64,000 nucleotides of DNA from an uncultured Nitrososphaeraceae archaeon (GCA_963765895.1 CAVXZB010000019.1:32001-96000); one strand, 5' to 3'; positions 12,371 to 25,317 are shown, numbered from the stretch's first letter. Notes: a model not told the origin generated them from the letters alone. Program-made: numbers and translations.

Positions 12371-12667
12371 ATGAGATTTCTAATTACGACAAAGGTATTT
12401 GAAACCATCCAAAACGAACCCGATCTGAAGAGACACGCTGAACATATAGATGCACAGATAAAGCGAATTATGAATTCCGGCAAACTCGTGGAAGGAGGAC
12501 AGTTTGCAGATAGCAGGGGTCATTTCTTTTTGATAGACATAGAAAATGAAAATGAGATGCTAGAGTTGCTTAACAGGGGACTGCTCGATACTTGCTCCAT
12601 AGAAAGCCATCCTATAGTATCGTTTAAAGATCTCTTCGATTTCTTCGAAAGGAACCCAGTTCGTTAA
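12371..12667 (+). CDS. dimeric alpha/beta barrel protein (YCII / muconolactone isomerase-like)
   Basis: GKLVEGGQFADSRGHFFLID...IESHP pattern; TATA-like element upstream. Confidence 0.6.
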   Translation: MRFLITTKVFETIQNEPDLKRHAEHIDAQIKRIMNSGKLVEGGQFADSRGHFFLIDIENENEMLELLNRGLLDTCSIESHPIVSFKDLFDFFERNPVR

Positions 12668-13901
12668 GTCCCATTTCTAGTCCATAACAGAAGAGAACAG
12701 ACACTCACTCTACTTCTGGTGATGCGCATTGCCACCACCCGAATTGGTATTTGTTGGAACTACCGAGCCGTGATGCGAATCTCCCTGGCCTCCGGTATCC
12801 AGGATGCTTGCAGAGTGGCGACTCATGGCATTGTCGCCTTAATTCAAATTTATTGCAAGTGCCAAATTATGACTGTAAAACATTCCAACTGCTGAACCAA
12901 TGATCATTACTATTGTCAATTCAATAACCAACGTTGCCGGGTTAGGGCGGCCCTTCATTACATCCATAAGTTTTTACTTAGTGACATCTAGGCTCACCTT
13001 GTCTTCAGTATAGATCTGCACAGCATTCTATTTAGGAATAGCAGAAACTAAGTGGAAATCTATCAATCTATTGTTGAACACCTCTACTCCTCAAGAATTC
13101 TTTAGCAATGTTCAGCACAGCTTGGTTCTTCGTCGGTGCGACATTTAGATATGTTGTATGATTTGCAACCGCACCATCTATCTATCTATAACTATATCAT
13201 TAGTTTTTCCATAAACCAAAAACTTGTTCTTTCTCTTCCCGTTCTTTTCTAATCTTAGCCGTACGGGTTGTTTCGACTATCATTTCTAATGTATTATAGA
13301 ACTCGATACGTTCTTTCCAGGATAGGGCCTTGAGGAATTCCTCTCATTCCTGCAATGGAGCGAAAAAGTCCGGTTCGTCATGATCATCCGTTATTCCTGG
13401 TGTCATATTTGGTTCTATCGTAATATGGACACCTTATCACTTAATACTGCTATTCGTTTGTGGTGCGACGGCATCGCTAGTGCTATTAAATGCTAAATTT
13501 ATCTTTATATCACTAAACATTTGCTGAACTTGCCTCAATTAGCGTTCCTTCTAAACTGTGAATGTTATCACGGCATAGTAAGACTGTACCCTTAAGGTCT
13601 TCTATAACGTCCTTATTTTCATGAGCTTCATTTCTTACCTGGCTAATAGTCTCTTGCTGACATTCATATTCTTTGATTATTCTATCAGGGTTTTATGTCT
13701 AGGCTCATGTAGCCTCTGAATCCCATGTCCTTCTATGAGCTCATTAGATTCCTAACTTATGTGAATAGACGCCTGTTCTACAGGAGGAATTTACTTGTAT
13801 AGATAATGGTTGCTATGACTCCTACGAAGTACGGGAGAATATCAATATTGCTACTTCATCCGAGGCTTCAATTGGAACGATAAATTATGACCATAATTTA
13901 A

Positions 13902-14066
13902 TTATCTCTCTTCAGTAACTTCTCCTTCTTCAACAATGAGGTTTGTTATCTCTGAACCATCGACATGTCTTATTATGATATTGTATAAGTGGTCCATGCC
14001 TTGATCCCTATTCTCGCACTCGAAAGTTCCAGATATCTTGAAACTATAACGCTTTCTTTCTGTCAT
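13902..14066 (-). CDS. hypothetical microprotein (54 aa, not in ORF track)
   Basis: MTERKRYSFKISGTFECENRDQGMDHLYNII...; follows 14092..14307 on the same strand. Confidence 0.45.
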   Translation of the reverse strand: MTERKRYSFKISGTFECENRDQGMDHLYNIIIRHVDGSEITNLIVEEGEVTEER

Positions 14067-14091
14067 TGAATTCCACGTCTCAAGTAACTAA

Positions 14092-14307
14092 TCATTTATC
14101 CTTTTTTATCTCATCCGTGGCGTGCTGAAAGATTTTAGCCATTGATGTATTACTACTACTACTGCCGTTACTAGTTGGTGTGTGTGTCGTAAATGTGTCA
14201 TTCCCAAGTGCTTTCACATTAGCACTAAGCGAGGCAAGTGAAGCAGATCCTGCCAGGACCATTGTAACTACAAGGATAGTCATCAGAATAATTTTCTTGG
14301 TTAACAT
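14092..14307 (-). CDS. small secreted protein
   Basis: signal peptide plus Ser/Thr-rich tail. Confidence 0.5.
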   Translation of the reverse strand: MLTKKIILMTILVVTMVLAGSASLASLSANVKALGNDTFTTHTPTSNGSSSSNTSMAKIFQHATDEIKKDK

Positions 14308-14697
14308 TGTTAGTTAGTTTACTGGACTCCTATTTGATAAAGACGTCATTTTTCTTGCTTACCTCTTATCACTAGTATGGCTGCGGATTACCACGGCCTG
14401 CTTAGCCACAGAATGTATGACAGCCTTTGTGCAGATGGGTAAATTGCTTGATAAGGTAGATCGTATATTATTAGTATAGAGAGGGGGACCGAACACGCAT
14501 GACTATGACTAAGTCTAAGCACACCTCCTTATTTTAGTGTTCCAAGTGTCAGAAGAATTATCTGTCCAGACACTATGTAGTTAGACATTTCAAGGAAAGT
14601 CATACTGATACTATGAATGAGGGTCTTAAATTAAGCGCCTATTACTCAAGGATTCCAATTTCTGCTGGAGAGCAACGTTACTAGCTAAATCTAACAA

Positions 14698-14871
14698 GTG
14701 GCTAGCGAATATAAAGAACAGCAGCTGTTTCGCTGTAAGCTATGTCACCAACTTAGAAAAGGGAGAGAATGGATCAGTCATCTAGACTCAACGCATAGGA
14801 TTCGTATAGATCTCTTACAAAAATGCCAAGAGACCGGTCAGATACTCATTCAAATTACATCGGGAGATTGA
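14698..14871 (+). CDS. C2H2 zinc-finger microprotein (57 aa, not in ORF track)
   Basis: GTG start; FRCKLC...WISHLDSTH. Confidence 0.55.
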   Translation: MASEYKEQQLFRCKLCHQLRKGREWISHLDSTHRIRIDLLQKCQETGQILIQITSGD

Positions 14872-15495
14872 ATTAAAAAATGATTAGCAAAAACAGCATC
14901 AATAACGACAGTAGCAATAGCAATTTAATAGAGTTTACATTGAGGGAACTAGGGATAATACAAAGCGCAGTATTTCTGAGATCATATTGAGGACGAGGTT
15001 TCACACCTGACACAGGATCTAGTGTCTACATTGGATCGGGCCAACGCGTTGCTGAAGGACCAGTGACGAGTATAATAATATCTCGATGATACGGTGTACG
15101 ATGCCATCTTTCATTTGACTATAAGATACAGGAGGCAAAATTAGACATAGACGGCAGAATTTGATACTAGTAGCAAATATTTAGGTACCAATAGCAAAGC
15201 CATCCCCAGAGCTAGTATAAAGGGCAATTATATCCATTGGGATAACGATATACTCCCACTAGTAAAGGAGCAGTATGATATTGCCACAAGGGAGAGAATA
15301 CCTCTAACACTCATAGGTCTTCTATACATATTTGAATTACAAGTCCTAAGAGTTATTCGTACCAGAGGATACACGAAAGCGTATAATGATAAACAGCACC
15401 GACAACAATAGCAATACCAGCGCTGACAAAGATAATAGGAAGCTAAATTCCTGGCCGCCTCGCCTATTCTAGTCTGGGGCTGGATACCATTACTC

Positions 15496-15780
15496 TTGTC
15501 AACAAGTAACAGCAACAACAACGGCAACGGCTCAATACCACATAATAATATAGAAGACATGGATAAGATGATCAATGCGATGGATCTAGTACTCAAGCAT
15601 TACAAAGACAATGAGGAAGAGCTAGCGATATCGGACCTAGCAAAGTACGTAACCGCTTTGCTCAGATTCAATACCTTCCTGTTTCCTGCAATAGACAAAC
15701 TGATCATGCTTCAGGAAAAGGGCAGCAATAGCGATAGAACTACAACGAGACACAGCAGAGATGATCAAACGATACAGTAG
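15496..15780 (+). CDS. hypothetical protein
   Basis: 94 aa ORF, plausible composition. Confidence 0.4.
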   Translation: MSTSNSNNNGNGSIPHNNIEDMDKMINAMDLVLKHYKDNEEELAISDLAKYVTALLRFNTFLFPAIDKLIMLQEKGSNSDRTTTRHSRDDQTIQ

Positions 15781-15867
15781 TTTCTATAGTTAGAACGACA
15801 TAATATAAAACAGGTAAGTAGATAACAATGACAATATCAAACCCAAAATTTAAGGTAACTAAACCCC

Positions 15868-16095
<228 letters not shown>

Positions 16096-16275
16096 AATAA
16101 CAGCTAAACCAGCAAAGACAATCGATATTAAAGTGAATTACCCTATCGAACAACTAAGCGCTAGTTATTACCTTCATTATTTTATTTATTTTATTTTATC
16201 TTATCTTATTTTAATTTATGAATGACAACGGCAACTTATTTAACGTTTTTTAGCCTTAGGAACACAAGGGAGCGC

Positions 16276-16426
16276 TGGTGCCCCATCGCTACTATACATA
16301 TGAACAAGGACTCAACTCCAACAGTATCGTCCGTAGTAGCCAGTTGAACGAAGTCGACAGGGGCACCACACCCCGCCACTATACCTTTACGTCATCAGTT
16401 AGTGATGACAGTCAGATTGGAGTGGC
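16276..16426. ncRNA. candidate structured RNA/DNA element
   Basis: nested inverted repeats TGGTGCCCC/GGGGCACCA, GCTACTA/TAGTAGC, GGAC/GTCC, crossing TCAACT/AGTTGA, then GCCACT/AGTGGC and GTCATCA/TGATGAC. Confidence 0.35.
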
Positions 16427-17032
16427 ATAGTAGAAATACGCAATCGAGTATATAGTATTGTTAGCTGTTAGTTATAGGTTAATTTTCTATATGTCAGATA
16501 TAGTAGAATCAAATAGTGAGTGAGTCAGTTAGTTAGTTAGTTAATTAGTTAGTTATAAGAGGTACAAAGCATATCTGTCTATAGGACACATGTATTTAAA
16601 TTATTAACTAATTTACATGGGTCTGGAAAGCGTTCACCTACGAGCAGGAGAACCTATAATTAAACAATGAAATATGGGTTCGGACAGATTATGTAGGTTG
16701 GTAACAATCTTAGCGTATCTTACAGGATATTGCAAGATATTAAGGTATATTATTGGACCCAATTAATTAGGTTAAAGAAAGTAGTTCAGTTACGTGTGTG
16801 GCGATAGCGCTTAAGGGGTTGGCATTCAAGCAACCAGTTAAGGGCTCAGTCTTTTTCGGACTTATAGCCCACTTACCAACCAAATGGGCCTCAGAACATG
16901 TAAGCCATCAATCAATCAAGTGCTTACTTATGGGACCATTTCTAAACCGACACTCGTAGCTAACTTACCTGCATAGGAGGCTAAATCTACCTATAAAAAA
17001 ATATATTATATACTCTAGGTTTTAGTGCATAC

Positions 17033-18560
17033 GTGAAACGAATCTTCTTTCTCTTCACTGTATTACTAATCACCGCGGTCATGGCATTGCTTAGTTCTAC
17101 GCTATTTCTTATCTCCCAATCTGCGAGAGGAGAGCAAGCCTCCAGGAGCTATTGCTTCTCCTGATATACCTGTTAGTCATCATGACCGCGTTTATACGGC
17201 TGATCAATTCTCAAACACTATATCTGTGACAGATCCGGTAGACAACAAGCTTCAGGGCGTCATCCGCCTCGGAGACCCGCTACCAGGCAATCTGAGCCCA
17301 CTTTATCATGGGCAACTGCTGGTACATGGAATGGGCTCCTCGCCTGATCATCACACCATCGTAGTAGTCTCGATTGGCTCTAATTCAGTAGCTTTCATCG
17401 ACACTGCTACCAATGCCATAAAACACATAACCTATGTCGGGCGCTCACCACATGAAGCCCTCGTTACTCCAGACGGTAAGGAGATTTGGGTGACCGTCCG
17501 TGGTGAGAACTATATCTCAGTTCTTAATGGTACTACATATCAAGAGAAGACACGTATCATCGTGACCAAACGGTCCAGGTATGCAGATTTTTTCGCCTGA
17601 TGAGAAATATGGTTATGTCTGCTCTTCAGTTACTCCTCAGACAGTTGTAATCACGGTCGCTGATCACAAAATTGTCGGACGGGTACCTCAGCTCAGCGGG
17701 TTCAGTCCAAACATTGCGGTGACACCAGATGGCAAGCAGATCTGGTTCACGTTAAAGGATATTGGCAAGACAGAGGTGTTTGATGCCCGTCCACCTTTCT
17801 CCATCTTGAAAACCATCAACACAGGTCCGATTACCAATCATGTCAACATAGCTCACAAGGCAAAAGGCACTTTTGCCTACGTCACAGTCGGCGGGCTCAA
17901 CGAGGTACAGGTCTTTCGCACAGATGACTTCTCCAAAATCGCAACCATTCCGGTCGGTAAACTGCCGCATGCGATCTGACCGTCTGGCGATGGAACACTT
18001 GTCTACGTTGGACTTGAGAATGAGGACCGTCTCGTTGCAATCAATACGCTGACTAACAAGATGATTGCAAGCAGTTCAACTGGCCAAGGGCCTCAGGCTA
18101 TAACGTATGTACCAAATGCTGTGTCGAACGGTTCTGGAACTCAGCGACTGCAGCCGCTTGGCATAGCTGGAAATGTCACTCATCTATCTCTTGTTGCCGC
18201 CACCAGCACCAATCCATGGCAGGGCCATCATCAATAATGATACTAACGCACCCACCAGCATATCGTTATTTGATCAGGGATTGGTACAAGTGCCTGCAGG
18301 CCGCAGTTACTGGACTTGAACCCAAATATGCCTATGTGCTCGCTCTCTCACTTAATCCCAATGGCACTGGTGCCCTTGAACCCCTGCAGCAGTTCATAAC
18401 CAACCCTGCTGGATCTGCTATCGTTAACACAGTAGGTCCTATCCGACAAATAGTGCAGGACACCGTACCACCAAGATACCTCGTCATAGTTCCTGGCATC
18501 ACTAAACAGCACGGTGCTCCTGTTCAGATCCAGCTAGGTAATGGACGTTCGGTTGAGTAA
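17033..18560 (+). CDS. secreted YncE/YVTN-type beta-propeller protein (several frameshifts)
   Basis: signal peptide from GTG 17033; repeats VGRSPHEALVTPDGKEIWV, SPNIAVTPDGKQIWF, IPVGKLPH. Confidence 0.85.
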
Positions 18561-18566
18561 TGGATG

Positions 18567-18699
<133 letters not shown>

Positions 18700-18731
18700 G
18701 GCTGTATATAGCTGATTATATTATGTTGTGT

Positions 18732-19142
18732 CTATGGCCAACTTGCAAAGTTATATTGCTGCCACATTTCCTTGATTTTACCATTTGAAATACGAAAGAG
18801 ATCGAAGCCTGTTGCAACATATGGTTTACCTGTAGGTGGATTCCCAAACAATGGTCTTGTATTCGTTCCACTATTTGTCCATCTAATCAGCACCTTGTCT
18901 CCTTTGGCAAAAATATCATCATGTACAAGTTTTCTATCTGAAACAGCCGCTATTAGCGCGGATGCATATTTCTTTGTTCCTTCAGGACCTTTGCGTAATT
19001 CTTCAGGAAGGACAGGATTGTGTAAAACAAAATCAGGAGACAAAATCTCATCTGCTATTTCTAGCTTGCCATTTTGAAAAATGTCATTGTGATAACGCAG
19101 CGCTAGAGTTTGATTTTTATCCTCCTCTTGTTCTGTAGTCAT
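18732..19142 (-). CDS. SnoaL-like ester cyclase
   Basis: EILSPDFVLH, GDKVLIRWT..GT, PPTGKP, FRISNGKIKEMW. Confidence 0.9.
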   Translation of the reverse strand: MTTEQEEDKNQTLALRYHNDIFQNGKLEIADEILSPDFVLHNPVLPEELRKGPEGTKKYASALIAAVSDRKLVHDDIFAKGDKVLIRWTNSGTNTRPLFGNPPTGKPYVATGFDLFRISNGKIKEMWQQYNFASWP

Positions 19143-19581
19143 AAAATTCTACAATACAGAGTGGTATATAAGGTTCTTTAAAATTGGTAGAAAACATATG
19201 CGCTTAAAGAAAAATAATCTCTTAATAGTAATATTTAGTTCGGTTAGTTCACATCAGTATGAAGAATAAGTCAAGTTTCGATCCTATCGGGAAAATGTCA
19301 GAAAAAGTGTCTCATAACTAATGTTATGGAATATATCATACAGTAGTATGCATAACCCAGTTCTGATATGGAGCTTTTTGCAAATCTTATGGAACCAAGA
19401 GTTATCTGCGTACTTCGTTTATCATCCTCTCTAGCACTGTGACGGCCATCCATCCCAGCATACGAGGTCGAGTAAGTGAGAAAGCATTGCGACCCCATTC
19501 AACGAGATCGTTCTGAACGCAGGCAGTAGACTAGCCCTAATCGTAGTTGGAGACGCCATCGTTCAATGGATAGTTAGATAA

Positions 19582-19638
19582 TGGGCCCTTAATTGGGTCA
19601 AATTTGATTCACACACCCCTGGGCCAATACTGATATCA
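19582..19638 (+). repeat. dispersed ~55-bp motif, copy A
   Basis: TGGGCCC-N8-GTCAAATTTGATTCACA..CC.CTGG..TAC.GATATCA; similar to 20542-20600 and 36513-36558. Confidence 0.65.
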
Positions 19639-19939
19639 CCCTTAAATTGGGTTGTACATAAAATAAGTGTATACCAAAACAATGGTGTCAGCAATACAAA
19701 AACAACAAAAAACAGGAGCAGGATTATGACCAGAAGGAGGAGCCTTAAATAGGCCGTTTCAGCATGATTATTACTCTCAAATAGAAACTAACACATAATT
19801 GTTATTTGTGCTTGTTGGATATTTTTCCCGAATTTGCTCGCGTCGCAACTGAAAAAACAACCCCAAGTGAGGTACGTTGTATATGTTAGCTCGATTGGCA
19901 AAATTTGACCACTACTGGCTTGTTAGTTGCACATTCATT

Positions 19940-20130
19940 TATCTTAAATTGCTCAAGGCCAGAGTGGAATCCAAGGAAATTTAAGGCTTCCATTCTTAAA
20001 CAATATCTAGCCAATAAAGCTGTTCTTGGAGCAAATAGATATTGATATTCCTTGGAAAAAGCTCATGCGTGGTATATGCCTAGGGAAAGAAATATGCAAA
20101 TGATCATGTTCCAAGACTTGAAGGTATTAC
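19940..20130 (+). pseudogene. tyrosine integrase remnant
   Basis: fragments RVESKEI / PIKLFLEQIDIDIPWKKLMRG / PRERKYAND resemble thaumarchaeal integrase N-terminal regions (recognised from memory). Confidence 0.55.
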
Positions 20131-20269
20131 GCTCAGACCAGGACTTAACCTGAAGTCTTATCTAGTGAGTACAAGTCTATAGTAATATTCAATATATATA
20201 TGACTTGATGGTCCTTTTTACAACCAATCATCTTTTAGCATGATGACGATGATTATAACACAACTAATC

Positions 20270-20500
20270 TCTTTTACTGATTGTTCTTCTCTATGTCAAA
20301 AATGTGGTATATATCCTTTATTGGTTCCCGAACTTCGATCTCTTGAAAGTCATATCCTTTATCAAGATAGATAAAGATTCTGTTTCTCTCTTCATTGATA
20401 TTATAAGACGATCTTTTAACTACGCTATTATCAAGTGTATTTATTGCTCGCTTTCATATCATCATACGTATTAGCCGCAGGTATAACAACAACAGATAAT
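20270..20500 (-). pseudogene. transposase remnant of a second IS5-type group
   Basis: fragments AANT.DMKA..TLDNSVVKRS and YLDKGYDFQEIE; near copy at 48530-48655. Confidence 0.6.
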
Positions 20501-20541
20501 AGAATACCTATAATATTAGATTGACTAATGAAATCTAGCTG

Positions 20542-20600
20542 TGGGCCCATGATAAATGTCAAATTTAGTTCACAAACCACTGGCCCCCACTACGATATCA
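20542..20600 (+). repeat. dispersed ~55-bp motif, copy B
   Basis: TGGGCCC-N9-GTCAAATTTAGTTCACAAACCACTGG...TACGATATCA. Confidence 0.65.
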
Positions 20601-20854
20601 GTGCTTTTATGTGGATTCCTAAGTATAATAGGCGATAGGAAAAGATTGGATCAAAACATGGATGAGGTATTCTTACCAAAACTCATGGATATTGTATCTA
20701 GGTGCATTGAAGTTCCCTCTTAGAAGATACAAGTATCAAGGAAATTTGGCTAGGTTTCTAGACTTTTACGGAATAAGAGGATAAATGCGAGGCATCGGAA
20801 GCCATAAAGGAATGCTTATGAAATTGTTAAATCAATTAGTGTATATCTTTAGCC

Positions 20855-21091
20855 ATGGTCACAGAGGACAATAACAGCACCCAAGAAGATAGTATTAATG
20901 AATTTTCTGAAGTTCCCAGAGAAGCAATAGTCAAACCAGAAGACGAAAGACCTATAAAAACGGTAAAGAGGCCTGAGGAAGAATTACCAGGGAATGAAAA
21001 TACACATGACGACGAAGGTATAGATGATACAGTTGATATGGATGAACACGGTAGTCCAGATTGGGATCCAGCTATAGGTCCTGGAGTTTAG
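20855..21091 (+). CDS. small acidic disordered protein
   Basis: D/E-rich 78 aa ORF with upstream TATA-like element. Confidence 0.6.
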   Translation: MVTEDNNSTQEDSINEFSEVPREAIVKPEDERPIKTVKRPEEELPGNENTHDDEGIDDTVDMDEHGSPDWDPAIGPGV

Positions 21092-21323
21092 AATATAGAT
21101 TCCTCTACTATGCAGCCTTTTGAGGCATTTTTAAATCAATCCATATCTAAGATTCAAGTTCCTCTCTCATGACTGAAGTGATCCAATCCGGATTGGTGTC
21201 ATACATGTCAGAGGTGTCCGATGGTTGCAATACACAGGCAATCGCTAAAGCAGAGGTTTGCTATTACAAACAACAAAGTATTACCATTTTAGGGCACAAA
21301 CCACTGACATAAATATACATATT

Positions 21324-21916
21324 TTATTTTAGCATGTCACTCTGTATAATTCCCTTCCATCCTTTTTTTGCTTGCTCTACCGATGTCATAATCGCTTCCA
21401 TATCAGCAAAGATTATACTGTTTGCTAATCTACTCATAATCGCTACATAATTTGCCATATTAGAGATTGTATTTCTATATGTTTGAGCTGCCCATGTAGG
21501 AGCCACCCAGTGGTAAAGATAGTTGATTTCATCATCATGAGTGGGAAGATATGGATTTAACCCTGATTGAAAAGATATCATAATTTCATTTAGTGTCTCC
21601 AGATAACCATCTAAAATTTCTTTTATGTTCTGACAAGTTTGCTCTAGATAATCCATTTTAAAATACATATTTGAAATCTGGCTATAACGTGAAATCTCAA
21701 TTGTTACTTCGTCTATTGATTTTCAATACAGTCTTTGATTTCCTTTAGAATTTTTCTAGTTGCATTCAGATGTAGCTGCTGATTTTCAGTGTTACCACTT
21801 ACTATTTGCGATGAGACATTATCGGTTGATTGTATAGTTGAGCTTTTATCCTCTGTGAAATAAGAGGAAGGAGATGTTGATGTTTTATCCTCTCGCCACT
21901 CTCTTCTTCCTGTCAT
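21324..21916 (-). CDS. hypothetical protein, probably one frameshifted gene
   Basis: adjacent same-strand ORFs 21713..21916 and 21324..21668. Confidence 0.4.
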
Positions 21917-22042
21917 TATGTAATATACCTAATGCAATCATATAATAAAAGTTGATAAAAATGGTTTATAGAATTCAGAGCTGAACTATGCACCTTTCTT
22001 GCTACTGGCATATTGCTAGGCAGGTTCATACCAGTTTCATAA

Positions 22043-22960
22043 TTGTTAATAATTGTGATGTACAAAAATAGTTTGCGATCTTGGAAAAACGACAAAGAAA
22101 ATTGTACTTTCAGCCCCCCAAATAATGAATCACCTCCTAATTTAGGCAATTGCTCGATATTTTTTATAGGAAATGCTACTGTGCTTATTCGCTATGCTGG
22201 ATTTACAATACTTACAGATCCAACCTTTATTCATTTGCATGAAAAAGTACATTTAGGCTACGGTCTCTCCAGTACTAGGCTGAAAAACCCAGCCATAGGT
22301 ATCAAAGATTTGCCTCCACTCGACCTTATTTTACTCTCTCATTTTCACGGAGATCATTTTGATCAGGTGGCCATACGTGAACTGGACAAATCATTACCTA
22401 TCGTTACTACCTTACATGCTACAGAAGAATTAAGTTTACGAGGATTTACCAACCCGCAGAATCTAGATACATGGGAGAACATTTAATTTGTGAAAGGCAA
22501 TATACAGCTTATTATCACTGCAACTCCAGGAAGACATGGACCACTTCCAATGTCAATTTTTCTTCCGCAAGTAATGGGTAGTATTCTTGACTTTCATACT
22601 AAGGATGGTAATCATCTACTTAGGCTGTATATTACTGGCGACACATTGGTATTTGATTCCATCAAGGAAATTCCCAAACGCTATTCTGATATTGATGTAG
22701 CATTACTTCACCTTGGTGGAACTACAGTTATGGGTATTATGCTTACAATGGACGGAAAAGAAGGTGTTGAAATGTTTAAGATAATTAATCCAAAGAAGGC
22801 TAATCCAATCCATTATAATGATTATGATGTTTTCAAATCAACACTTGAGGACTTCCAGATACTAGTCAGAGAGGCAGGACTTGATCAAATACATTACTTA
22901 ATGCAAGGAGAGATATACAATTTTGAAGTAAGTAGCCAAAAACAACAAGAAGGATACTAA
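22043..22960 (+). CDS. MBL-fold metallo-hydrolase (in-frame TAA at 22484)
   Basis: ILTDP, LSHFHGDHFD, YITGDT, PIHY motifs. Confidence 0.85.
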
Positions 22961-23561
22961 TAGTATGACATCGAAACATAATTCTCTATCGCTGTTCCTA
23001 GCCATCTCGGCTTGGTTGGGAATGTATCTGCTTGTATCATCAAAAGGATTATGAATCACATTTCAAGTCCACGCGTCAAAAGGCACAGTTACTTGACTGT
23101 CATGGCCGGTCCATTTTGATTATGGATGGTAATAATAATAATAATAACTATGGTCATAATACCAAAAATAAGAATAATTGGTCCAGCAGGAATATTTTTT
23201 AGTTAGCTCCTTACATTTAGTTAGTTTTATAGTTATAGTATAAAGTGAAATCTTTTCTGAATAGTTAATTTGTCTGTCTGACATCTTGTATTGAAACTAC
23301 TTATTCCTAATACTTAGGATAGACAATGAATCATACACACAATATCGGTATATATTACTACGGTTTGATTCTTGAAAGCGTCATTTAAAATACAATATCT
23401 GACATTTTGTTGCGTATTTTACTTAAATTTTTATTTTTATTTTATTAAAATTAAATAAACTTAAATACCTTGCCATCTTTAGTATAAACGATATAATTGG
23501 ATTTTTTAATTAGCCTTGGACTCTCTGTTCCACTACCAATCAGTCATAGTTTGATTAGTAA

Positions 23562-24074
23562 GTGGAATCTGATGCTATAATGGGGCAACGGCTGTCAGCC
23601 AAGAAGCATATTCTAGACAAGCACGATTATCAGATACTCAATCTTCTTCTGACACAGGGCGCAGATAATAACGCTATTTCTGAAAAACTGAGAATTCCAT
23701 TATCCACAGTACAAAGAAGATCAAGGATTCTATTAAGAGAGGGATATGTTAAGCAGATATTCCAACCCAATTACAAGAAATTAGGATTAAAGAAAGGTTT
23801 ACTTCATGTATATATACGAACTGGCAATATGAAGGAAATGGCAGAAGAACTATTATCAAGAGAGGGTATAATGTCCGCTGGAATTCATGTCGGTAATTCC
23901 GATATAGTAGGAGAATTTGTTTATGAAGATAGCGAACAATTAGTGGATCTGATTTCACATGTAAAGAAGAAAGATGAGGTAGATAGAGTAGTGTGGTCAG
24001 AAGAGGTCTTTCTCCTCCCGGGAAAAGAACATAGCATTCTTGCAGTCTTGGACAGAATAATTGATAGACAGTAA
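23562..24074 (+). CDS. Lrp/AsnC family transcriptional regulator
   Basis: LDKHDYQILNLL, HTH IPLSTVQRR, C-terminal RAM-like domain. Confidence 0.85.
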   Translation: MESDAIMGQRLSAKKHILDKHDYQILNLLLTQGADNNAISEKLRIPLSTVQRRSRILLREGYVKQIFQPNYKKLGLKKGLLHVYIRTGNMKEMAEELLSREGIMSAGIHVGNSDIVGEFVYEDSEQLVDLISHVKKKDEVDRVVWSEEVFLLPGKEHSILAVLDRIIDRQ

Positions 24075-24130
24075 TAGAATTAATCAAAGGGCAGTAAATA
24101 ATTCAGTCTTATGATTCAGGATGAGATGAG

Positions 24131-24490
24131 ATGATACTAATAGTTGATGACGATTATGATATTGTATTGTTAATGAAGCTTAGTCTAGAGAAAGCAGGTC
24201 TTTCGGTATCATATTTTACTGATCCGTTAATGGCCTTGGAATCGTTTAGGCAGACGCCATCCAGTTATGATCTTGTAATCTCAGATATCCGAATGCCACA
24301 TCTTAATGGCTATGAATTTGTACGACAAATCAAAATGATTAGACGGGATGTAAAAGTCATTCTTATGAGTGCATTTGAATTAATGGATGCACCCAACTCT
24401 TTTTCAAATTCTGATATAGAAAAATTTCTAGAAAAGCCTATAACACTACACAAGCTAAATGAAATAGTACTCAAATACGCAAGGAGTTAA
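24131..24490 (+). CDS. standalone response regulator receiver
   Basis: ILIVDDD, DLVISDIRMP, MSA, FLEKP. Confidence 0.92.
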   Translation: MILIVDDDYDIVLLMKLSLEKAGLSVSYFTDPLMALESFRQTPSSYDLVISDIRMPHLNGYEFVRQIKMIRRDVKVILMSAFELMDAPNSFSNSDIEKFLEKPITLHKLNEIVLKYARS

Positions 24491-25317
24491 TCATAATTAA
24501 ATAAGAAAAGATGTAACTTTCTGATACAACTAACAGTGCAGATGATTCTTTGACTTTAACCTTAAACTAACATTACTTTGGTCTTTTGTATCTGGTTGTT
24601 TTCTGTACAAGTGACTTGGCATCTTCTTTATTTGTCATATCGGTCCTTATTAGAAAGAGGACTCATTCTGTAAATATATAGGATAAGACAACGAAGATTC
24701 AAGCGACAAGCATCTGACAATATAGGATGATGTAACGCCAGACCTAATTACATTGGAACAATTTGTTCATTAGATGTTTCTTAGATGTGCATCATTGCAG
24801 CATTGTATGCTAGCATAAACGCGTAACTGTATTCCTAATACTCTTCATTGTTTGCAGGTTCGTTAGCTTGGGGTTAGTGACAATCATGGCAAATTCTGCT
24901 TAGGAAGTAACGCTTGAATATCTGGGTTTTCTCACAAAGACTTCATCAAACAAAAAAAATCACCAGTGCATTAGAAAATACGACACTTAAATCTTATTGT
25001 TTCTTTGCCAATTGTTTAGCAGGTTATTTATCCAGTGGATGATTACTGAAATGGCATTTTGCATTATCAGTTTAATAAGGGAGATATAAAGAAGATATTT
25101 TATCTTGCGACACAACAGTCTGATTAGCCCACCTAGTACACAATTGAAATACTTTTCTTCTCTAATAATCGAATTGACTGAGCTTGAGAATTATTTACTT
25201 TTAACCTTTTTTGTTACCAATGCACTTCAAACTCATTGCGGGTTATTTCTCCACGAGTAATTACCTTATTATTCCTACCTTATCTCTTCCAAACATTTGG
25301 GTAAGTTATCATTTACC

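Noticed and set aside
22484-22486. recoded stop (Sec/Pyl) in the MBL hydrolase
   Set aside because: The codon is TAA; a point error or nonsense mutation is simpler.
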